A stretch of DNA of 56,324 bases, counting the filler, from Sphacelaria rigidula (taxonomy: Eukaryota), in the NCBI GenBank assembly GCA_964200075.2. It is 7 parts of 7 records of this genome, joined end to end, with 100 filler letters (N's around TTAATTAATTAA, not from the genome) between each part and the next. Parts side by side here need not be neighbours in the genome. Positions count along the whole stretch, not along the records: positions 40,306 to 48,265 come from CAXNAA020012833.1; positions 48,366 to 56,324 come from CAXNAA020012834.1; 5 more parts are not named here. The stretch is one strand, 5' to 3'. Positions 46,801-56,324 of the stretch are shown here, one piece after another (the stretch's first letter is position 1; each line of letters starts with the position of its first letter). The notes below the pieces were generated by a model. It had not been told where the DNA came from and searched no databases. It saw nothing but the letters and a program-made list of their open reading frames with translations. The position numbers were made by a program, and so were the translations under genes.

Positions 46801-48180
46801 TACGGAGTATAGCTTTGAAAGCATTCATAATGAAGTTGTCTAGTAGTAGACAATCCGGCCCCAGATTAGGTACTACAAACGCTTCTGTTGGCATGGTTTT
46901 TATCCGCAATGTAAGCTCGAAATGAATGAACCCTAGGATTTTTATGGGGGAACCGTCCGCGCTTCTGAGATCGATGGGTCCTGGCGGTCATGGTTATGTA
47001 TCATCAGCTGCCATGATGGCCGGGTGTTCATCTATGAAGTTGTTTTTGCTGATACACGGCACATCTGCAGCGGAATCGACCGCGATTTTTTCAGCGGGGG
47101 TGTCGTTTACTCTGGCTGCGACTCTCACACGGGCTGATGAACGGGATAGCGCTAGGGGCGCATCTGTATACCTGGCGAGAGATGATGCTTTGTATGAGTC
47201 GAAACAGGGATCGTCCAAGATCGGGTTGAAAAAAGGAAGACTGGTGTTTCGATTTGGAACCAACAGCCCCTGCTTACAACATTGTTGCTTTTTCCTGGCT
47301 GTCGGTTGAACTTGTGTCAGCGCGGGATGTAACGTTACCGATTCATGGGGATACGGCGCAGAATGTAGCATGGTTGAGAGCCTCAACAACTTGAGCTACA
47401 TGTTCGACGGTGATCGCCCTCCGTGTGGTGTATTGTTTTTTCCACAGCTGCTCTGAAGGCTGTTAGGAACCAACTCTCACCGTGCTCTTTCCAGCTTCTG
47501 CTCCTAGTATGTACTTTCACATCACAACTGAGGGCTGTTTTGGTGCCCCGCTGCAGGAGTGAGTCACTGTACTGATCAAGAAACCCGCATCTCTCCGATA
47601 TGTTTTTTTTCCCACCAGACGGTTGACACTTTTCTCCATTTCAAGCGTACTGAGGTGCGGAGTATTGAACTGTCTGTAGTCTTCAACTTCTCTCAGTTTG
47701 TGGACTGGGATGCGGTAAGACCATCCCATACACCTTCTTCTTTCGCTTGCTACATGGTAGGGAATGACAAGGTCGTGCATTCGCAGGTTAGGTAAATTTT
47801 TCATCAGTGCTATTTCGAGTCACCGCGTTTCCAGAGGTCGACCTGCTTGACTAGTTACCGTGCCTTTTGCACTATGGTGGTGAAAGGTTGGTTGATAGGT
47901 GTGGTTTCGCTGTTTAATTAGCGATTCTGGTGATATATATCGCACGCTGACGAGACTAATTTCGCCTTTTCGCTGTTTGACTAGCCATACACGTGACATA
48001 CTGTATATTGCACCCTGAGGAGTCTAACTTCGCGTCCCGCTCTTTGATTAGTCATGCGGGTGGCATGTAAATGCACATTGAGGGGGCTAATTTCGCATTG
48101 ACCCAAACACATGACTCGAATAACCTCTCAACTCGAGTAATTATGCACATGACCCACACGTTGCACCCGGAGTAGCGAGC
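43807..48180 (-). mobile_element. Degenerate, internally deleted Ty3/Gypsy element
   Basis: Gag-like region at ~47800-47500, protease (IAVDSAADVPCIS) at ~47090-47050, and integrase C-terminus (FKPGQKVLLY; SPVYIVK...SVHPTHLKKY) at ~45740-45400. A candidate 3' LTR TG...CA spans 43807-44333, next to a G-run PPT. RT and RNase H were not seen, and no second LTR confirms the LTR call. Confidence 0.7.
44405..44960. repeat. 2 x ~280-bp tandem duplication within the Gypsy 3' region
   Basis: GGGCACTGGGACACTGATCGGTCCACGGGCGCCTGG occurs at 44491 and 44771. Confidence 0.9.
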
Positions 48181-48265
48181 CTTCCTTGGGGAACCCTACG
48201 AGCTGGGCCAGCCTAAAAACGAATTTAAGCTCTAAAAGCAATATCTCATCGACACAGACGAGTTG

Positions 48266-48365
48266 NNNNNNNNNNNNNNNNNNNNNNNNNNNNNNNNNNN
48301 NNNNNNNNNTTAATTAATTAANNNNNNNNNNNNNNNNNNNNNNNNNNNNNNNNNNNNNNNNNNNN
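48266..48365. other. Artificial contig linker
   Basis: N44-TTAATTAATTAA-N44. Confidence 0.98.
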
Positions 48366-48719
48366 GTCACGAGTCGACTCATCATACTGAAACCAAGTAA
48401 TTTCCAGACGAATCATTATTTGTCCGACCCTTGAAACCTTCAGTTTGTCTGACGCAGTTGTCCGCGAAAAGATGACGCTGCTGCTTCATATCAAGGCCGA
48501 CTAAAACAAGAACCAGGCACACAGCCAACCAGCTGATTGAGAACTCCACTGTGGACTATCGAGCTTTGTGTCGCGCGCCGTGTATCGCGTGATCAACCTG
48601 TAAACAGCCCTGAGGTGAGGGTCTAATCGCCGTGGTTCGTAACGTCTATCTCCTTTTCCTGCTAGGTTTGGTGAAATTTACGCAGACAGTCTTGTGCCAA
48701 ATTCAAAATTAGAAGCGCG

Positions 48720-49090
48720 GGTTGGGTAGGGTACATCCAATAACCGGGTATTTGGAAACGTCCAAGGGCAGGTCGAGTAGGATATACCCAACGCGCGGTA
48801 TTTGAAAAGTCATACTCTCAGTACCCAAACATTTTAGTAGACGATAAAAATGGTACCCAATCTACCCGAAATTTGGGTGGAATGTTTTACATCGTACAAA
48901 ACATACCCAAATTGTGGATAGAGTATTGAGAGATCATACCCAAGTGATACTCTATATCCAGGTTTTACTGAGTGCTTCAAGTAAATTTGGGTGGAGTATT
49001 CGAGGCCGTACTCAATCTACCCAAACCTTGGGTAGAGTAAATACCCGGGTATTTTACCCGAGCAGTCAAAAGTACATACCGTACCGGACC
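48720..49090. repeat. Cluster of TACCC(A/G)/(T/C)GGGTA motifs in both orientations, probable decayed DNA-transposon end
   Basis: Many TACCCA/TACCCG/GGGTA motifs fall within 370 bp. Confidence 0.45.
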
Positions 49091-49669
49091 TGTCCTTGGC
49101 CGAGAACATGCGGAGGAAAGCTACGAAGGTGCACTTGACTCCTATCTTCCAGACTCCCTCGCCAGATACCACCCGCTCACATAACCATGCAAACCCTACA
49201 CATTCATTCTTAGCTACCACCGGAACCCTGCAGCATAAGAGCACGAGGTGGGCACAGGGATAGATACACAGTAATAGTTGGGCATGATGTACTTATTTTG
49301 TGTCGGCGAAACTTGAGCATGTTCTTTCATGGTAGTGATCGGCGACGGAATTACGTGGTAGGGTGGACGGCCGACTTACTTCCGTACGCGCATCATGGAC
49401 AGTGCAAGCAGTACAAAGCTGCACGTTGCTCAAGTCCTTTCACGTCGCACTGTAAGCAAAGAGCACAGATAACCGTGTGTTATCCGCACTGCACGTCGCC
49501 CAATGTAGCGCCTGATAGCTCAGACTGCAGTTCTCGATAAGCCCATTGGTCGCATGTTTAGTTTTGTGTGTATCGGTTGTCAACTGAAGCAGCATTGTCT
49601 CTTCTTATGCAAATGCATCGCTTCAGAACTTTTTTTTGCACAAAAATTGCGACAAACATTCACGCAGAT

Positions 49670-50650
49670 GGCCGTTGCTCGGCCGATATTCCACCAACGC
49701 CACTAGCAAAGTGTGCGTGGTACTGCGGTAGACTGGGGCTACCTCTGGAGGTGTCAGGCGTCGAGCCGAAGTGTATATACTTGTCGGAGCATGCGTTGAG
49801 AATGCCAAACAAACGTTTTCATCGGTGGCACATCAGAGCCGGTGGGTTTCTCGTGGCGCATTTTCTCTTGAAAAAGCTGAGAGTATTGTTTCGGACTTTT
49901 TTTCGGTGACAAGTGGGGAGACGGGGAAAAATAAAGTAAAGCAGTGAGGAACATAGACGACAGGGACCTATTAGATCGGAATTCCGCGATTCCGCCGCTT
50001 ATTCTCGCTGGGAAATCTTGTAATTGGACATGCCCTCACGGCGAGCAAAACTGGATCTGCGAAACATTGTTGTTGATCATTTGGGGTGATTGAGGAAAAG
50101 TCGGAATTCCCCAATATTAAAAAGTTCAAAGGAATATCATTTGGCGTTTTACGCCGTGTAATTGGTCGCCGCTACACTGTAGTTGAAAGCTCAGTAGCAT
50201 CTATCAGTCACCGGGCGTCAATCGCCGAACGTGTTTTTTCCAACTGGTGTTCCAGTCCCGAGAATATGGACCGTAAGACACGCATTCACCAAATTTTTCA
50301 GCCAGCGAGAAAAAGCGGCGCAATTTCGGAAATCTGATTTGATAGATCCACGTCATTCACGTTCCGCGTGGCGTCATTTCCTTTTTCTCGTCTCCCCGCT
50401 CGCCACAGAAAAGGTTCGCAACAAAAATCTCAGCTTCCTCGGCCAAGATTTGCGCCATGCCCATCACATAGGAGCCCACCGGTTATGACGTGTGACCGTT
50501 GGAAACGTGTGCTCGACATTTCATCGCATGCACCGCAACCTACAGGCACTTACACTCGACGCTTGACACCTTTGGAGGTGGTCGCAGTCCACCGCAGTCA
50601 GTACAGCGTTTTTCAGTGGCGTTGGTGGGATAATGGGTGAGCGGCGGCTG
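49670..50650. mobile_element. Old fold-back element with ~370-bp diverged inverted arms
   Basis: 49670-50040 aligns with the reverse complement of 50270-50650 (CCACCAACGCCACT / AGTGGCGTTGGTGG; GGGGAGACG / CGTCTCCCC; TTCTCGCTGG / CCAGCGAGAA). Confidence 0.7.
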
Positions 50651-51405
50651 ACATATTTTTTCAAAAGCCGGTTTGAAGTGATTCACTCGTCCAAAAAGAT
50701 GATGCTGCTTGATTTCGTAGTCGATTGACACGAGCACAAACACATAATCAATGAGTTGATTGAGATGTACGGTCTGGGCTATCGGGCGCTTCATCGGGCG
50801 CAGTGTATCACGTTATCACCGTGTCAACGACTACGACTTCGAGGTGGGGAGTGGTACTTGCCTTTGGTTGGTAACATGCGCCGCATTTCTGGCTCTGCGC
50901 TTGCAAACTCGCTCGGACCCAAAGAAACCTAAACCGCGTAAAACGAGCGACTTCCCACTGAATCGATTACTCCGCTTAATCTCGTTCGCTCATTTCTTTG
51001 AGGTAAGACGCCCAGACTCGAACTTTCACTTCAAGGGCAGTCTAGTGTGCCGAACGATAAGATATTGAAAAATGGCCTTTGCCACATGTCGAGTGCTTGC
51101 TCGTGTCCTTGACGTGCCGCGTGCGCAGTTCCCGCGTTTGCTAGGGCGGGGGAGACTTGTTGGAGGGTGCAATGGCTCCTTTCTCACAGCTCAGCTGTCC
51201 GTTGATGGTCAAGAACAACCAGATCCATCAATTCTTCCCGAGACGGCTCACAATAAACTTTCACTCGCAGCATTCAAAATCCAAACCGTCATTTATCTTA
51301 CTTCTGGTTGTACGAGATACCCGACTGCCTCTGGGCTAACAGCTCGCTTTAGTAGACTGGCTTTTTGCTGCAAATGCTTGATGCGCGCCTGCCGTGAATC
51401 TCCAG

Positions 51406-54400
51406 GTCAACGCCGCCTACCGGGCGACACTCGGTTTGAAGGCTTTGTACTCGACCGTTGCTGTCGGAGACGGGCTGAAACGTTCCCGACTTCGCAGATA
51501 CGACGGCTATGGTACATGTCGACATGCCCGCTGGTCATCTTCCAGCAGTGCGAAAGTGTCCTCTGAATCGGACTCGTTGCTTATGGGGCAACGCTACAAA
51601 CGCATCTCTACGATCGGACAAGGGACGTTTTCACGGGTCGTCAGGTATGATTCGTACCCGACCCATGAAATTTTGCGTCGAACGGAGCGTGCATGCAGGC
51701 ACCAGGTACGTCGGCATGATTTTTATGAGCTGCCTACGACTGTTGTGCGGTGCTGTATCCTGTCGAGGGAGGCCTGATATACCGTATGAGTGTGTTTCGG
51801 CCAAAAAAAAAAAGAAAGAAATCATTCGATTACTCAACGTTTTGGGCAAAACGACAGATCCAGGTATGCCTGGTCGTTTTTCGACCACAGACAGGTACAG
51901 AGTCGCTACAGGCGGCACGCCGTGCGCCCCAATATGTGCCGCATCGTTCTTACCCACGAAACGGTGTGTACAGCCGCGATGGTTTTCTGGGCACTTGGAA
52001 CAAAGTTCGACAAAAACTCACTCGGCACTTGTTTCGAAGGTTGTTCTGCTGTCGGTTCGAAATCTCTCCGTGATGATACAAATCCAACCCGGCCATACGT
52101 AACAGTAGGTTTACGCGGAGACAGACACCAAGCAGCTCTCCAAACTCGCGATACTTTTCGAGTGGTTCTGCATGAAAAATGAGCAAGTTCGCTCAGCGCA
52201 CGTCAAAAATTGTGTTGGGTTTATTATTGGGCTGATAGTAGCTGTTTCAGAAACTAGACCCAAACACTGGCGGTCATTTGTTATGTGAAGAAGCGGCCTG
52301 AGAAAAATGAGTGATTCTTTATGAGGTTTTTGTCACTAGGTTTACACAGCAAATACAGCGTATGCACCAGCGTCATCATGATACAAGTATAATCCGCTGA
52401 ACTCTTGGATACGACACCAAAAACCATAGTGGCTCCTACGAAGCCTCCGAGCTGGTGCTTGTGATTCAGGCGGCCTGGGTTGTTCTTTGTGAGATGACCC
52501 AACAGACAACACTGTATAGACAGAAACGTACCGACATGCAGTCGGTCGGTTTTGAGCCAGTTTGGTCATGAATGTGAGATGAATTTGATATCCAGAGAAT
52601 GCGTTCATATGTCCTACATTTGTGATTAAATTGGAGGGAGATTTCGAAAGGGCCGCAACGGCAAAGTTGGGGTAACATAGTTCTTGAACACAACGTTAGC
52701 TCTTTCAGAGTGCTTCCAGATCTTGATCGTCGATATCCCCGTGTCACTTGTGTGCTCTCGTGGTGCCGCAAGTCCATACAGAGTCATGTGGCCGGAGATC
52801 AGGTTGTCGATACGTGCAAGGACGATGATTGTAGAAAGTTTGCGACAAACTGTACGGTGGGAGTTCACTTTCTCTTCTGTGGTGCGCAATGATGTGGCTC
52901 TCTGACGACCATTTGAAAGGGGTCAAGGAGCTTTTAATGATATACTTCGTAAATATATGTATGTGTCATACACGAGCAGGATATTTCCCCCGCTTAATTC
53001 TTGCAGATTCACCTCCGCACCGTATATCAAACCTCTATCCAATTGTAGGTATTTCATGTTGTTATTTTGCTGATTGTCACCGTACCGAGTGGATGTGGGT
53101 AGAGCGGGCTTATCACTTCACCTCACCTCGTGGCGCTTACACGCAGTTGCATTACGCTCTGCCGAATTTTCCAATCGTTCTAGCGCGGAGGACACCTTCC
53201 GAAGAGGCAAGATGGTGGCCATCAAAGTCATGAACCATTCTTGCGAAGCCATGGGTCGCCGCGAGGTTCGGTGTATGCGCTTTCTCAACTCACTTCCCCA
53301 GGCAGAGTTTTGTCCAGGTACGATGTACACAGAAATCAGTGCCGTCGGTTGAATGTCTACTTCGGTTTTGACTTTTATCTACGATTTTTTTTTCAAGCAT
53401 GGGAGTATTTATTTTCGGCTCCTTTCAGTTAAAGTGCGACAATCAAGTAAAGGAATCAATCTAGCGCTGGTTTCAGCGGCTTACTGTGGTGTAAACTTCC
53501 GCGTGAAAGCGGTACTGCAAGCATATCATGGGAGCTGACGCGTTTGTTTGAAGCCGGCGGGGGTATCGATATTTTCTCATCACTCCGTGTGAAGTAACAA
53601 GCACGATCAGCGTCGCTTGGTGCAGGCACGTAACCCTGGAGCGCCCTCCTGCCCTCCCTCCTTCCCTGCCGGCCTGACTGCAACCATGACCGCTGCTCCC
53701 TTGCAGTCGTCAAGTTGCTGGACGTGTTCACATGCCAAGGACATTACTGTCTTGTCATGGAACTTCTGGAACGGTCACTCCTTGCCTATACGCTACGAAG
53801 CACGTTAGGGCAAGCCTGCGACGAACAAATGACCATAGCAAGCGGGCGTGATTCTCGCTCGGACACCATCTCGGGCTCACGCCCACGGGACCGGGGTGGG
53901 AAGGGCCCGAGTCTGTCGATGCCGGCAGCGATGGACCGGTTGAGGGAGACATCACCAGAATCGAAGGATAGGGTTGTTTTTTTCAAAAGCCAATCATCTC
54001 GCGATGACGCGGAAATCCCTCCTCATATGTTCCGGCACGTAGCCTTGCAGTTGGTGAGCGCACTCGTACTGTTGCACAATCACGGGTTGGTGCATGCCGA
54101 TATTAAGCCGGAGAACGTGCTTCTGGCGGTCGATGATGAGGAGACGACTGGTGCGCTTGGACGAAGAAGTACGTCGCCATCGTTCAACCTTGACGATCTT
54201 ATGCGCGGCGGGGTGGAGAGCGGGGCAGGCGTACCGTGGCGTGGATGCTCCACGGCCCGGCTGGCGGTCAAGCTTTGTGACTTCGGCAACGCGATCCACA
54301 GCAGCGAGGCCGGTTTATACTACGATGACTTTGAAATCCAGACGCTCGCGTACCGGGCGCCAGAGGTATCTGTAATATTTTCAAGAGCGAAGTTTTCTGG

Positions 54401-55233
54401 AGAATCCAAGCAGTCTTCGCCTAAACCGAAAGTCGCGCTTCCTACACGATGCCGAGGTAGTTAACGAAGGGAGGCACGTCGTTCACAGGGCTGTACTCGG
54501 AATTTTACGGGGGAGAATTTACCACTGCGGTTAATTATGTGCGGCATCTCCACCTTCGAGCAACCCATTTTATGTCGGCTACTACTACGGCAAAGGCAAA
54601 ATACTCGAGGAACACCATGTTGCCTTATTTTTAACAACTCTATGTTGGTCTCTCATTGCGGCCAAATGACCTCGTGATTTTTCCGCGGTTCGCATCGTTC
54701 GTTTATCGCGTAAAGTTACCGTGGGCATATCTCACCCCTACCTTCGAATTCTTGAAATTCAACGTGGCCCAATTGTTTCCATCCACAGGTTGAGGCCATG
54801 CTTTGATACGTCATCTTTTCATTTTCACCGTGGTTCCAGCAGTGTGGTTGTTTACCCGATTTTATGAGTCTTGCGGGAAGAGTTTCCAAGTTGGGCCCCT
54901 AGTCGCTTCCGGCAGCACAGGATGCTGTGCTATGCGCTGGTAGGGCTCGATTTGGCGGCACCATCTGTGATATGTACAATCAGCACCTTCGAACTTTGAG
55001 GTCGTCTCTGATCGCAGGTGCTAATGGGATGTCCGTTCGGACCGGCAATAGACACATGGAGCGTTGGCGTTGTTCTGCTGGAGCTTGTGCTAGGCCGTCC
55101 TCTATTCCAGACGGCCGGATCGCGTGCGGCGCTGCTACGTCAGACTATGTGCGCTTTCGGGCCCCTCCCTATGAGACGTTTCCGAGAGGGGCATTACTTT
55201 TCGGAATATTTTGATGGCGAGAGCTCCTTGAAG
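51406..55233 (+). CDS. CMGC protein kinase, DYRK/HIPK/PRP4-related; partial
   Basis: Phase-compatible exons: 51406-51644, 53184-53317, 53707-54365 and 55018-55233. Motifs: IGQGTFS, VAIK, HYCLVMELL, HADIKPEN, KLCDFG, IQTLAYRAPE and IDTWSVG. A possible upstream exon ends at 51002 (GAG/GTAAGA). The C-terminal exons are missing. Confidence 0.92.
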
Positions 55234-56324
55234 GTGAGCGTATTCAGTGTGCGTATTTTCCAGGCAATGCTTGTTCCGGTGTAGGGCGCGAATGATGCCG
55301 TTGACACAACTCCTTGTGTAGGTTGAGTCTCCCAAGCCCGGCCTGCGTGTCTCAGGATCGATTGGAATCAAATAAAGTACTTGACTCTCGAAAGCAGTAC
55401 GTACCATGAACACTTCAAGACTCCCGCCATCGGTGCACAAAAAACGGTTCAGCCAAATAATTTTTCGGACGATTACAGCTGTGCTGCGCTACAAGTTTAG
55501 ACCACACTTACAGGAAGATGCTGGAAAATTCTGTCACGGCTCCCCTGAGGGTCTGGGCTTTCCACGCGACAATATGCGAAGCTAGTGGGGCACGGTAGAA
55601 CTGTCATGCTGTAAAGTGCGATGCGTCAGCAGCATGCTCACGAAGGCAGGTCAGCGAATACGACCGCCGAAAACCAAAAAGAAGCTCGTGAATGTTTCGT
55701 GATCGTCGCTCTTCGGCCGAGTTGTACCACAAAACGATCCGTACTCGGTGAGGAAATGTTCGTTCTTTTCATTAATTTATTGGAATCTGACATTAATTTT
55801 CGACTTTTCTTCCCCGAAAACTGTACCGGCTTGGTCTAGGAAAAAATTCACTCATTGGAATCTCGCGTTGATTTGCGAAATTTTTTCTAACTTATGGCTT
55901 CGGTCTAGAAAATGTGCGCTCTCGCATAGTAGATGAAGCTCCGGTGGTGTATTGGTCTTTTTTGAGGGGAGGTCTTAACAAAAGAAATCATCAAAGTCGA
56001 AAATCGAAACTCGAAATGAAAAAAAATAGTCGCTGTGATTGGCCTGCTACTCTCACCCGGAAGTAAAGTACGTGCTCTTTTCCGAGTCCCAGCAAGATTC
56101 CAACACTTACCTCAAACCATAATGTTGAACAGTATTTGTTGAAAGCGCGCTTAACCCTTTTGGGACTGGGCCTCCAGAACGACCAACGAGGCTGATTAGG
56201 AATGACGTGTCCTGCATATGCATGAAACAGAGGCTGCATATCGCTGAAAATCAACGAATGTATGTGACGGCAGGGTTAGATGAAGACCGAAAGTTTCATC
56301 CAACCTATTTTCAGGTACAAACTG

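Noticed and set aside
34970..55233. Functional cluster of ATG11, DUF952 and the kinase
   Set aside because: The genes are on three unrelated contigs, so the adjacency is artefactual.

Overview
This is eukaryotic, repeat-rich DNA, most consistent with a brown alga (Phaeophyceae), judging by the intron-rich GT-AG genes and the style of the repeats. It is not one locus. Six identical 100-bp linkers (N44-TTAATTAATTAA-N44) join seven contigs of 7961, 7961, 7961, 7961, 7961, 7960 and 7959 bp, so it is an artificial scaffold of length-sorted contigs. Five partial spliced genes are supported: an ATG11 homologue, a DYRK-related CMGC kinase, a secreted beta-helix (pectin-lyase-fold) protein with an N-terminal Cys-rich module, a DUF952 first exon and a CCDC66-like coiled-coil protein. 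The rest is mostly decayed mobile DNA: three Ty3/Gypsy remnants plus a probable solo LTR, a near-full-length APE-type LINE, a tRNA-derived SINE, MITE/fold-back elements and minisatellites. The most unusual signals are (i) two LINE families that end in ATGAGTAC(A/G) followed by poly(C) rather than poly(A) and sit in G/C tracts, and (ii) a Gypsy Pol ending in tandem chromodomain-like and Tudor-like domains. No CRISPR array, rRNA or true tRNA gene was seen. All family assignments come from motif recognition, not database searches.
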